DNA of 64,000 nt from Thalassobaculaceae bacterium (GTDB lineage Bacteria; Pseudomonadota; Alphaproteobacteria; Thalassobaculales; Thalassobaculaceae), in contig OZ245843.1 of the NCBI GenBank assembly GCA_965228875.1, positions 850,616-914,615 on the forward strand. Direction: 5' to 3'. This document shows, in pieces, positions 31,104-40,348 of the stretch (its first letter is position 1; every line of letters starts with the position of its first letter). The notes under the pieces are model-generated. The model made no database searches. It saw nothing but the letters and a program-made list of their open reading frames with translations, and had not been told where the DNA came from. A program made the position numbers and the translations under genes.

Positions 31104-32597
31104 TCAGGGCTCGTTCACCCGGTCGAGCGGGTAGATCGGCCGGCGCACCTTCTTGAAGTCGAGGATCGAGTTGTCCGACGTGGTCACGCCGTCGCCGTCC
31201 AGCGTGATCGTCGCCTTGCCGAGGTCGCCGAAGCCGGCGCGGTAGTGGATGCGCGACTTCAACAGCAGGTAGCGCTTGTGCTGCGGCTGGATGCCGACCG
31301 AGGTGAAGACACCGAGGTCCCAGGGCTCGTGGTGGTTCGAGGTGATGACGATCTCCACCTTGCCGGTGTCGAGCACCGCGCTGTGGCCCATGGAGACCTG
31401 CACGCCGGTATACATCGGCCCGCGCACGGTCCAGCGCCCGTCGGTGAGCGTCTTCACCGTGCCGGTCACCTCGAGCGGCTGGCCCTTCATGTCGATCGAC
31501 GGCATGTCGGTCTTGCCGCCGAGCTTGAGTGTGATCTCGGCGCCGATCCCGGCCTTCTGCATCTGCTTCACCGCTTCCGGGTCGTAGACGGCGGCGACCG
31601 CGACGTCCTCCAGGCCCTGGGCGATCACCTCCTCGATCACGGTCATGACGTCCTGGGTGCCGCCGGAGCCGGTGTTGTCGGCATGGTCGAGCAGCAGCGT
31701 CGGCCCACCGTCGGTCTTGAGCGTGTTCAAGTCCTTCGCTCGCGCGACCGCCTCGCCGAGCGGCTCGTGCTGGTAGACAAACTCCTCGCGCCGCTGCCAC
31801 ATCTCGGCGACGAGCTTGTCGCGCCAGTGGTCGGCCAGGGCCTGGTCGCCGTCGGTGACGACCACGACGCTGGAGCCGGCGTCCTGGAAATCGGCGAGCG
31901 GGAAGCCGCCGAACACCGTGGCGGCGAGAACTTTCGGGTCCTTCTCGGCCTCGCGGGCCATCGCCAGCAGGGTCTTCATCGGCTCGTCGTCATGGCCCAT
32001 CCGCAGGGTCTGGGCGAGCAGGGCGGGCTGACCCCAAGCCATGACCGGGTTCACCTCGCCGGCAATGGTGCGCATCAGCACATGGGCGATCTGGCTGCCG
32101 ACCTCGACCATGTCGATATGGGGGTAGGTCTTGTAGCCGATCAGACAGGTGCAGTTGTCGACCATCTTCTGGGTCAGGTTGGTGTGCAGGTCGTAGGTCA
32201 CCGCGATCGGGATGCCGGGGGCGATCCTGTGGATGTTCTCCAGCAGCGTGCCCTCGCCGTCGTCGGTCGTCTCCGCCACCATGGCGCCGTGCAGGTCGAG
32301 CAGGCAGGCGTCCACGCCGTCGCGCACAGCGTCCAGGATCTTGCCCGTCAGGAACTCGTAGGCCTCGGCCTTGACCGGCCCCGACGGCATGGCCTCGGCG
32401 GCGACCGGGGTGACCACCTCGTGGCCGGCGGCCTCGGCGATGTCGAGATAGGCGCCGAACGGCATGCCCGTGCCCTTGTAGGCCTTGTACGCCTCCTCGC
32501 CGACATACCCGCCCCAGGCCATGAACCGGTCGAGATCGGTGACCACGGGGGAGAAGGTGTTGGTCTCGTGCTTCATCATGGCGACGAGCAGGCGCAT
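31104..32597 (-). CDS. M81/MlrC-family metallopeptidase
   Basis: HETNTFSP, LDLHGAM, DGEG, DLH.N, YKTYPH.D, DNTGSGG. Confidence 0.88.
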   Translation of the reverse strand: MRLLVAMMKHETNTFSPVVTDLDRFMAWGGYVGEEAYKAYKGTGMPFGAYLDIAEAAGHEVVTPVAAEAMPSGPVKAEAYEFLTGKILDAVRDGVDACLLDLHGAMVAETTDDGEGTLLENIHRIAPGIPIAVTYDLHTNLTQKMVDNCTCLIGYKTYPHIDMVEVGSQIAHVLMRTIAGEVNPVMAWGQPALLAQTLRMGHDDEPMKTLLAMAREAEKDPKVLAATVFGGFPLADFQDAGSSVVVVTDGDQALADHWRDKLVAEMWQRREEFVYQHEPLGEAVARAKDLNTLKTDGGPTLLLDHADNTGSGGTQDVMTVIEEVIAQGLEDVAVAAVYDPEAVKQMQKAGIGAEITLKLGGKTDMPSIDMKGQPLEVTGTVKTLTDGRWTVRGPMYTGVQVSMGHSAVLDTGKVEIVITSNHHEPWDLGVFTSVGIQPQHKRYLLLKSRIHYRAGFGDLGKATITLDGDGVTTSDNSILDFKKVRRPIYPLDRVNEP

Positions 32598-32703
32598 GGG
32601 ACGGCTCCGGGCAACTGGACAACGCATGGGTTAGACAACCTCGCGATCTTGTGGACTTCGGCGCCGGTTGTCGAGGTTCCGCAAGCGTGCGACACGGAAG
32701 GCC

Positions 32704-33258
32704 ATGCAGATACGCTCCGCGCCCGCCGTCACCCACGTCGCCGCCGACGGCGATCATCGTTTCTCCAAGCCGACCCGCGATGTCGTACGGCTGATCGCGG
32801 GCGAGGGGGTTGAAGGCGATGCCCATCGCGGGGTGACGGTGAAGCACCGTTCGCGGGTCCGCGCCGACCCGACCCAGCCGAACCTGCGCCAGGTGCACCT
32901 GATCCACGGCGAGTTGCACGACGAGCTGACCGCCAAAGGGTTCGATGTCGGCCCCGGCGTGATGGGCGAGAACGTGACGACGCGGGGGATCGACCTGCTC
33001 TCCCTGCCACGGGGGACGCTGCTCCACCTGGGCGACGAAGCGGTGATCGAGGTCACCGGCCTGCGTAACCCGTGCGGTCAGCTCGACGGTTTTCAGGAGG
33101 GGTTGCTCAAAGCGGTGCTCGACCGGGCGGAGGACGGCAGCCTGATCCGCAAGGCGGGGGTCATGGGGATCGTGCGGGCCGGCGGTGCCGTCCGGCCGGG
33201 GGACACGATCGCGGTGACCCTGCCGGCGGAACCGCATGAGAGGCTTGAACGGGTATAG
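32704..33258 (+). CDS. MOSC-domain protein
   Basis: GVEGDAH, RQVHLI, GENVTT, TGLRNPC, GG.VRPGD. Confidence 0.88.
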   Translation: MQIRSAPAVTHVAADGDHRFSKPTRDVVRLIAGEGVEGDAHRGVTVKHRSRVRADPTQPNLRQVHLIHGELHDELTAKGFDVGPGVMGENVTTRGIDLLSLPRGTLLHLGDEAVIEVTGLRNPCGQLDGFQEGLLKAVLDRAEDGSLIRKAGVMGIVRAGGAVRPGDTIAVTLPAEPHERLERV

Positions 33259-33327
33259 GACGCGATTCGTTGAGATTGAATCATGTCGTAACGCGACTCT
33301 GCCCTTGGCTGTCCGGCGGGACCCGTG

Positions 33328-34053
33328 TCAGTCGGGTGCGGCGTCCGGTATCTCGATCTCGGCGACCAGCGGGCGGTGGTCGGAGGCGGTCCGCGCGAGC
33401 GGTGTGGCCGGTGACCACACCGCCCGCAACCTGACCCGGTCGTTCACCAGGATGCGGTCCAGTGCCAGCAGCGGAAAGCGGCTCGGAAAGGTCGGAACCC
33501 GTCGCTGCGCCTCGAAACTGCGGCCGAGGGTGCGGCCGAGCAGACGGACCACAGGCGAGAACGGCAGCCAGTCATTGAAGTCGCCCAGGAGAACGGTTGC
33601 CATGTCGCCGCTCTCGGCCAGCAGGTCGGCGATCATCAGCGCCTGCGCCTGTCGTGCTCGGTGGTTCAGGCCGAAATGGCTGGCCACGACCCGCAGCGGC
33701 CCGTCCGGGGAGTCGACCTTCGCCACGATCACGCTGCGCGGCTCCCGCGCCGGATAGGCGAGATCGGCCACGCGCCAGTCGGTCACGGGCCAACGCGAGA
33801 GCAGCAGATTGCCGTAGCGCCGGTCGCCGTCCTGGATCGCCGGACCCTCCACCGCATGGCCGCCGAACGCGCGGGCGAGGGATCGGAAGTCGTCGGGGCG
33901 GCCGGACTCGCGATCACCGGGACCGGAGACCTCCTGCAGGGCCACCATACCGGCGTCGGTCTCGGCGATGGTGCGGGCGATGCGGTCGGGGTCCCGGACA
34001 CCGTCCCTGCCGACGGCGTCGTGGATGTTGAAGGTCGCTACCCTGAAAGGCAT
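33328..34053 (-). CDS. Endonuclease/exonuclease/phosphatase-family protein
   Basis: TFNIH, ALQEV, LLGDFND, LDRI, ASDHRP. Confidence 0.9.
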   Translation of the reverse strand: MPFRVATFNIHDAVGRDGVRDPDRIARTIAETDAGMVALQEVSGPGDRESGRPDDFRSLARAFGGHAVEGPAIQDGDRRYGNLLLSRWPVTDWRVADLAYPAREPRSVIVAKVDSPDGPLRVVASHFGLNHRARQAQALMIADLLAESGDMATVLLGDFNDWLPFSPVVRLLGRTLGRSFEAQRRVPTFPSRFPLLALDRILVNDRVRLRAVWSPATPLARTASDHRPLVAEIEIPDAAPD

Positions 34054-34060
34054 GGGCGGA

Positions 34061-36283
34061 TCATCTGTCCTCGGTCTCGTCGTCTTCGTCGTCGGCGTCC
34101 CCGTCCGAGGCGAAGGCGTTGACGAGCCGCTGCAGGCCGATGCTGAGGGCGAGCCAGCCGAGGATCACGCCAGCCAGGATCCCGACCTTTGCGGCCGTCG
34201 GCTCCGCGACCAGCTGCCAGAGGCTCTCGCCGACGGCCGTCAGCGCGATGACGCTCGGCAGAAGGCCGAGGGCCGTGCCGATGACGAAGTCCCAGGGCCG
34301 GATATGCGTGGCGCCGGCCAGCACGTTGATCAGGGTGAACGGCGCGACCGGCGTGATCCGCAGGGCCAGCACCGCCACGATCCCCTGGCGGCCGATCTTG
34401 CCCGACAGGGCCTTCAGGCGGTGCCCCATGAGGCGGTGGACGAGACGTCGCCCGCCCCAGCGGCCGACGCCGTAGGTCAGCACGGCCCCGAGCGTGGTGC
34501 CGAGGACGGAGTACATGGTGGCGACGACCGGCTCGAAGGTGATCGCGGTCAGGACCAGAAGGACCGTGATCGGGAACATCGTCAGGCTGGCGACCGCGTA
34601 CACCGCCGCCACGAGCAACGGGGTCCAGGCGGTTCCCGTTAGCCGCTCGAACAACGGTCCGAGGCGGTCCACATTGGCGAAATCGGCCACCGGGGTCATG
34701 GTCCAGATCGCGGCGAGGAGCATCAGGCCGAGGACCGTCACACCCAGAACCAGCTTCTGCAGGCGCGGCCGGAACGTCGGAACCGACTCCATCGCCAGGA
34801 AGCCAAGCACGCCGTCCTTGAGCTGGCGGTCCGGATCGGCGAGGTCGAGCAGCACGCTCGTCGCCGGGTCCAGCTCGAAGGCGGCGGGCTCCCTGATCGG
34901 CAGAAGGCTGCGGTCCTCGCCGTCGCCTTGCCGGTAGCGCTCGGCCTCCGCGCGGATCAGGTCGCCGAGGCTGTCGCACTCGGCCTCCCGTTCGGCCATT
35001 TCCGACGGCTCGATCCCGAGATGCTCTCCCAGCAGGCGGTGGCGCAAGCCGGCGATGGTCGCCCGGCGCTCCTCGGTGTCGCCGACCAGATGCAGGTTGG
35101 CCTCGGTGTCGAACCGCATGGATCGGCGGTTCAGGTTGGCGGAGCCGACGGTGAGGAAGCGATCGTCGACGATCATCAGCTTGGAATGCACCATGACCGA
35201 GGCGGTAGTGCCGTCGGCTGAGCGGGTCACCGGCGCGACGAGCGTCACGCGATCGAGCACGCCCGCTTCCTTGAGCTGCGCGCGGAAACGCCGGCGACCG
35301 CCGCCCATCGACTTGGTTTCCAGCCAGGTGTTCTGCACCGCCGGGGTGATGATGACCGCTTCCAGGTTGGGACGTTCCTGCAGCCGGCGGGTCAGGGCCT
35401 CCGCCACCACGGGCGCCGTCAGAAACTGGTTCTCGATGAAGATCAGCTCCTCGGCCTGCAGGATCGCGCGGCTGTATAGGGTCTCGATCTGCCAGACCGC
35501 CGGGCTTTCGTTTAGCGAGGGTTCCGTCAGGGACAGGGCGATGTCGATGTCGGCGAAGTGCGGCTCCAGGCCCTCGGGCCAGATCGGCTGCGGCGAGTCG
35601 ATGCGCGGAATGCCATCGGGATCCACCGCCCGCCACCGGCGCGACGTCAGGTCGCCGAGCGCGCGCGCGGCCGGCCCCGTCACGGCCATGTGGGTGTCGT
35701 GAAAAGGACTGTAGATCCCGCCCTTCGGTGACACCCGCCGCGGGTCGTCGGGGATGTGCGCGCTGGTGTCCCAACGCTCCCGCGTCACGTCCAGGCCGCC
35801 GCAGAAGCCGATCGCATCGTCGATGACGGCCAGCTTCTGGTGGTGACAGGCCCCGAAGGGCAAAGCGTCGTCCAGATGCACGTGGATGCGTGCGGAGGTG
35901 GTCAACATCAGGTTGACCGTGGGGAGCGGTTCCCGGTCACGGACGAACAGCGGGGTGAAGTCCCAGAGCAGCAGCCAGACCTCGAGCTCCGGCGTCCGGT
36001 CGATCAGGTGTTCGAGAAGCGGCTTGAGGTGGGTCGGGACACCGTCGCCGTCGATGCCGCTCCCGTCATGCAGTTCCGGAGCGAGGTCGACCTGACTGTC
36101 GAGGTCCCAGCCGACCAGGACGATGGTCCGCGTTGCCTGAAGCATGGCGCTGCGGAGGGCCGCGAAGTACTCCTCCCCATCGACCATCAGCGCGGCCCGG
36201 TCGGCCCGCGCCACGGTGGAGCATGTCTCCCCCTGGACCATGACCGTGTCGGCCAGGGACGAATCGTCGCTCGATTGCTGCAT
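34061..36283 (-). CDS. Phospholipase D-family protein fused to a C-terminal VTT/DedA (SNARE-associated) membrane domain
   Basis: Two HKD motifs (HQKLAVID, HSKLMIVD...GSAN); hydrophobic C-terminus with LRITPVAPF. Confidence 0.88.
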   Translation of the reverse strand: MQQSSDDSSLADTVMVQGETCSTVARADRAALMVDGEEYFAALRSAMLQATRTIVLVGWDLDSQVDLAPELHDGSGIDGDGVPTHLKPLLEHLIDRTPELEVWLLLWDFTPLFVRDREPLPTVNLMLTTSARIHVHLDDALPFGACHHQKLAVIDDAIGFCGGLDVTRERWDTSAHIPDDPRRVSPKGGIYSPFHDTHMAVTGPAARALGDLTSRRWRAVDPDGIPRIDSPQPIWPEGLEPHFADIDIALSLTEPSLNESPAVWQIETLYSRAILQAEELIFIENQFLTAPVVAEALTRRLQERPNLEAVIITPAVQNTWLETKSMGGGRRRFRAQLKEAGVLDRVTLVAPVTRSADGTTASVMVHSKLMIVDDRFLTVGSANLNRRSMRFDTEANLHLVGDTEERRATIAGLRHRLLGEHLGIEPSEMAEREAECDSLGDLIRAEAERYRQGDGEDRSLLPIREPAAFELDPATSVLLDLADPDRQLKDGVLGFLAMESVPTFRPRLQKLVLGVTVLGLMLLAAIWTMTPVADFANVDRLGPLFERLTGTAWTPLLVAAVYAVASLTMFPITVLLVLTAITFEPVVATMYSVLGTTLGAVLTYGVGRWGGRRLVHRLMGHRLKALSGKIGRQGIVAVLALRITPVAPFTLINVLAGATHIRPWDFVIGTALGLLPSVIALTAVGESLWQLVAEPTAAKVGILAGVILGWLALSIGLQRLVNAFASDGDADDEDDETEDR

Positions 36284-36480
36284 GATGAACGCTGCGTAAC
36301 CCGGAGTCGCGAGAATGGGACGAACCCTTCCTGGTTGAACGGGTCCGCGAACACCCGTTTCGAAATAGGCTCAACGGGCGAAGGGTCAAGGCTGCGACGT
36401 CGGTCGGGCATCGCCGGCGCGATCCGTTTCCTGCCGTGGGAGGTGGCGCGGCCGTCTCCGGCGGGTGATGCGCGGCCCGG

Positions 36481-37455
36481 CTACGCCGATCTGCGGTCCG
36501 GCGTCGTCCGCTCGGGCGGACGAAACCGTCTCCGGTATTCTCCCGGCGTCAGTCCGGTCGTCGTCCGGAAGATCCGGGTGAAGGCGGACACATCGCCGTA
36601 GCCGACCTGCCAGGCGATCTCGGCAACCGGCATCGTGCTTCTCTCCAGCATGCCGCGGGCGTGCTCGATCCGAAGGTTCTGCAGGTATTCCAGCGGCGCG
36701 AGGCCGGTCGCCGCCTTGAACCGACGCAGGAAGGTGCGGCCGGACAGGCAGGCCCGTTCCGCCATCTCGACGACGGTGACCGGGGCGCGAGCCTGCTGCT
36801 CGAGCCAGTGCTGAACGCCCAGGACGGTTCGGTCGCCGTGGTCCAGGCGGGGGCGGAAGCTGCGGTAGTTGCGCTGCTCGCGTCCGGAGGGATCGACCAG
36901 AAGCTGGCGGGCGGTGGCGGACATGATCTGCGGCCCGAGCCAGCGCTGGACCACGTAGAGCCCGAGATCGATCCAGGCCATGACGCCACCCGCGGTAACG
37001 ATGTCGTTCTCGTCGACCAGGATCCGTTCCGACAGCAGGGTGACCGATGGGAAGGCGTTCCGGAATTCCTCCTCCAGGGCCCAGTGGGTGGTGGCGGTGC
37101 GTCCCTCGAGCAGGCCGCTGTGCCCGAGCCAGAACGCGCCGGCACAGGCCGAGCACATCACACTCCCCGACCGGTGCTGCGCCGCCAGCCAGTCGAGCAG
37201 GACCGGTGCGTCGTCGCCCCGTGCGCCGGAAAGATTCGGCGGCAGAACCACGATGTCCGGCCGGCCTCCGTCTTGCGCCGGAAGGGTATCCGCGAGGGGA
37301 TCGGCCGAAACCTCGCGCACGCGAAGCGGCCCGGCACCCTCGGGCAGGTTGCGGTTCGCCATCGTGAACAGGTCGGCGAGCCCGAGAACGGCCGAGGTCA
37401 GGCTGCCGGGGTAGGAGACGATAGCGATGTCGGCGGTCGCAGGGTGGGACGTCAT
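36481..37455 (-). CDS. GlxA-family (DJ-1 plus AraC) regulator
   Basis: CSACAGAF.L...GLL.GR.ATTHW, AraC HTH (EIAWQVGY.D.SAF.R.F...TGLTPGEYR). Confidence 0.92.
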   Translation of the reverse strand: MTSHPATADIAIVSYPGSLTSAVLGLADLFTMANRNLPEGAGPLRVREVSADPLADTLPAQDGGRPDIVVLPPNLSGARGDDAPVLLDWLAAQHRSGSVMCSACAGAFWLGHSGLLEGRTATTHWALEEEFRNAFPSVTLLSERILVDENDIVTAGGVMAWIDLGLYVVQRWLGPQIMSATARQLLVDPSGREQRNYRSFRPRLDHGDRTVLGVQHWLEQQARAPVTVVEMAERACLSGRTFLRRFKAATGLAPLEYLQNLRIEHARGMLERSTMPVAEIAWQVGYGDVSAFTRIFRTTTGLTPGEYRRRFRPPERTTPDRRSA

Positions 37456-37492
37456 TTGGCGAATATGGCATAGAAATTGTCATATCCGCCAA
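37456..37492. promoter_or_regulatory. 15-bp imperfect inverted repeat, likely GlxA operator
   Basis: TTGGCGAATATGGCA-N7-TGTCATATCCGCCAA (13 of 15 positions pair). Confidence 0.6.
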
Positions 37493-37545
37493 TTCATTCA
37501 CAGCCCGGGAACGACCAGAGTCGGGTTCCCAACAAGGAGGTTCCG

Positions 37546-38094
37546 ATGTCGAGTTCCGCGCTCATCCTCGTCGATATCCAGAATGACTATTTCGAAGGCG
37601 GCCGCTGGCCGGTCGACCGGATGGACCGCGTTGCCGAGAACGCGGCGCGGCTGCTGTCCCGCTACCGCGACGCCAGCCTGCCGGTGATCCATGTCCGCCA
37701 CGAGTTCGCGTCCGACGCCGCTCCATTCTTCGTTGCCGGAACGCCGGGGGCCGAGATCCACACCTCGGTCGCGCCGACCGCCGGAGAGGCGGTCGTCGTG
37801 AAAGGCAAGGCGAACAGCTTCCGCGACACGTCTCTGAAGGAGCAACTCGACCGGGTGGGGATCACCGACGTCGTGATCTGCGGCGCCATGACCCAGATGT
37901 GCATCGACGCGACGACGCGGGCGGCGGCCGATTACGGGTACGGTGTGACCGTGGTCTCCGACGCCTGCGGTGCCAAGGCACAGGAGTTCGACGGCGTCGC
38001 GGTCTCGGCCGATCAGGTCCAGGCGGCGATCCTGGCGCCGCTGGCGATGTCCTATGCCAGGGTGGTCACCACGGACGCGTTTCTGAAGGCGTAA
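37546..38094 (+). CDS. Isochorismatase-family cysteine hydrolase
   Basis: ALILVDIQNDYF, K...NSF, G.MTQMCIDAT; AAGGAGG RBS. Confidence 0.92.
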   Translation: MSSSALILVDIQNDYFEGGRWPVDRMDRVAENAARLLSRYRDASLPVIHVRHEFASDAAPFFVAGTPGAEIHTSVAPTAGEAVVVKGKANSFRDTSLKEQLDRVGITDVVICGAMTQMCIDATTRAAADYGYGVTVVSDACGAKAQEFDGVAVSADQVQAAILAPLAMSYARVVTTDAFLKA

Positions 38095-38118
38095 GGATCG
38101 TTCGGAGCCGCCATCCGG

Positions 38119-39147
38119 TCACGCTTCGGGCCAGGTGTCGCTGAGTCGGTACCCGCCCTGCCACGGATCGCTCGGGTCGAGCAGCAACTGGCGGGTATCG
38201 GTCAGCCAAGCCCGGCCTTCCAGGCTCGGGGTGATCCAGGTCCGGCCGTCACGCTGCTCCGACCCCTCGATGCGGCAGTCGAACCGGCTGTCTATGATCG
38301 ACTCGCCGACAAAGCGCCGACCGATCTCAAGCATACCTCGGGCATGCAGCACGGCCATCCGGGCCGAGCAGCCGGTGCCGGTCGGCGAGCGGTCGACCTT
38401 CCCCGGACGCACCACCACCGCGTTGCGTCCGACCAGAGCGTCGCCGACGGTCCGAACCCGGGCCGCCACCTGGCAGAACGAGATATGCCGCCACTCCGGC
38501 AGGTCCGGATGGGCGAAGCCAAGCTGTTCGGTCGCGGCCGCAGTGATGCGCGTACCGGTCTCCGCGATATCGCGGGCTTCGTCGGGGACCAGCGCAAACC
38601 CCAGCGCCTCGGCCGGAACGATGACGAAGCTGTCGCCGCCGAAGGCGGTGTCCACGGTCAGTGTCCCGAGCCCTTCGACTTCGAGCGTCGCATCCAGTCT
38701 ATCGGCAAACGAGGGGAGGTTGCGGACCCGGACCCGCTCCACTTTGCCGTCGCGGCAGGTTGCCGTGACGCGCACCAGCCCGCCGGGCGCCTCGAGGGTG
38801 AGCACCGTCTCCGGCTCGGTCATGGGGACGATCCCGGTCTCCAGCAGGACGGTGGCCACGCACAGGCTGTTGGAGCCGGACATCGGCGGGGTGTCCGCCG
38901 GTTCCATGATGATGAAGCCCATCTCCGCGTCCGGGTGTTTGGCCGGCACCAGCAGGTTGACGTGGCGGAACACACCGCCGCGGGGTTCGTTGAGGACCAG
39001 ATTGCGCAGGGTTTCGTCGGCCGCGATGAAACGCGACTGCTCCCAGACCGTCCCACCCGGAGGTGGTGCCACGCCGCCGACGATCACGTCGCCGACCTCG
39101 CCCTCGGCATGGCAGCCGACGATGTGGATCATGGTCTTCGAGCGCAT
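38119..39147 (-). CDS. Proline racemase family, Ser/Thr type (probable trans-3-hydroxy-L-proline dehydratase)
   Basis: HAEGE, EPRG, MSGSN in place of [12 protein letters not shown] in place of DRSPCGTG. Confidence 0.82.
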   Translation of the reverse strand: MRSKTMIHIVGCHAEGEVGDVIVGGVAPPPGGTVWEQSRFIAADETLRNLVLNEPRGGVFRHVNLLVPAKHPDAEMGFIIMEPADTPPMSGSNSLCVATVLLETGIVPMTEPETVLTLEAPGGLVRVTATCRDGKVERVRVRNLPSFADRLDATLEVEGLGTLTVDTAFGGDSFVIVPAEALGFALVPDEARDIAETGTRITAAATEQLGFAHPDLPEWRHISFCQVAARVRTVGDALVGRNAVVVRPGKVDRSPTGTGCSARMAVLHARGMLEIGRRFVGESIIDSRFDCRIEGSEQRDGRTWITPSLEGRAWLTDTRQLLLDPSDPWQGGYRLSDTWPEA

Positions 39148-39229
39148 GCGGTTCCTCCGCGCCGGTCACAGGCGCCGTCAGTGTGCAGGGTGCGAAACGG
39201 CAAGATCGACAGAAAAGGACTCTCTGGAT

Positions 39230-39245
39230 TGGCACGATCGTTGCT
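39230..39245 (+). promoter_or_regulatory. Sigma-54 (-24/-12) promoter
   Basis: TGGCAC-GATCG-TTGCT, exact consensus. Confidence 0.75.
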
Positions 39246-39291
39246 TTGTCAGTTGCGTGGGTTGGACCCCACGCAACCGGAGGATAAGACG

Positions 39292-39453
39292 ATGCGACAC
39301 CTTCCGAAATTTTCCGACGATTACGGCCTGCCGACCGGCGATATCGCCGAGGCGGCGATCCTGTCAGCCGATGTGGACGAACTGCTCGAGGCGATGGGCG
39401 ACGACTGGTCGCTGGCCGATGCCGAGGAGCTGGAGTTCGGTCCGGCACACTGA
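39292..39453 (+). CDS. Small acidic 53-aa hypothetical protein
   Basis: GGAGG RBS at 39279-39283, GC-rich third positions, fills the gap between minus-strand genes, sigma-54 promoter upstream. Confidence 0.72.
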   Translation: MRHLPKFSDDYGLPTGDIAEAAILSADVDELLEAMGDDWSLADAEELEFGPAH

Positions 39454-39484
39454 GGCCCGACCGGACAGCCTCCCGGAAGGCCGC

Positions 39485-40348
39485 TCAATCGGCCGCGCCG
39501 TCGCGGTCTGCCTGGCGTGACAGGGTGGAGAACCACCGCAGCGCCGGCGCCAGTTCGTCGCGCCACAGTCGCCATTCGTGGCCGCCGTCGCGGACCCGCA
39601 GTTCGACGGCATGACCTGCGCTGCGCGCCGCTCTGAAGAAGCGCAGGGCGCCGTCCCAGAGACCGAGGCCGTCATGATCGCCGGTCATGACGTAGAAATC
39701 CGTCGGCAGATCGGCGGGAATGGTCGCCAGCGGCGCGAAGACGTTTGCCGCATTGAACCGCGGGACGTCCAGCGGGTCGCCGAACGCGCCGGCAAAGAAC
39801 TTGAGCTGAAAGGCCGGGAAGTCGGCGACCGACGCCACATCCTCGAAGATCGCGGGGCTGAACGCGGCCGCCGCCCTGAACCGGTCGGGATGGTGCACCG
39901 CCAGCCGCAGCGCTCCATAGCCGCCCATGGACAGGCCGGAGACAAACCGGCCGTCCCGGTCTCGGCGAACCGGGTATCGCGCCTCGATCGCCGGGATCAG
40001 GTCGTCCAGCAGCGCGGTTTCCCAGGCGCCGTACTTCGGCGAGTCGACGTACCAGGAGTTCGTCGCCCCAGGCATGACCAGCAACATCGGACCCGTCTGC
40101 GGCTCGGCGAACACCGCCCCGGCGGTCGCCTCCGCCTGACCACCGCCGATCCAGTCGCCCGATCCGCCGCCATAGCCGTGCAGCAGATAGACCGCCGGCA
40201 GTGGGCGGGAGGTGTCGTCGGGCACGTAGACGGTCGTCTCGATCGGGTGACCCAGAACGGCGCTGTCGATCGACAGGCGCTCGACCGTTCCGGCGGTCGC
40301 CGACGCGGCCGCCAACGCCAGGATCAGCAGGAGCAGCGAGCGGATCAC
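39485..40348 (-). CDS. Secreted alpha/beta-hydrolase (putative esterase family)
   Basis: Signal peptide, YLLHG, GLSMGG nucleophile elbow, GGHEW; GTGA overlap with opgC. Confidence 0.85.
   Translation of the reverse strand: MIRSLLLLILALAAASATAGTVERLSIDSAVLGHPIETTVYVPDDTSRPLPAVYLLHGYGGGSGDWIGGGQAEATAGAVFAEPQTGPMLLVMPGATNSWYVDSPKYGAWETALLDDLIPAIEARYPVRRDRDGRFVSGLSMGGYGALRLAVHHPDRFRAAAAFSPAIFEDVASVADFPAFQLKFFAGAFGDPLDVPRFNAANVFAPLATIPADLPTDFYVMTGDHDGLGLWDGALRFFRAARSAGHAVELRVRDGGHEWRLWRDELAPALRWFSTLSRQADRDGAAD

Noticed and set aside
36337..36365. Possible EcfG/RpoE2 promoter (GAAAC...CGTT) for the PLD gene
   Set aside because: Spacer of 15 nt is short and the -35 element is imperfect; better explained as a small inverted repeat
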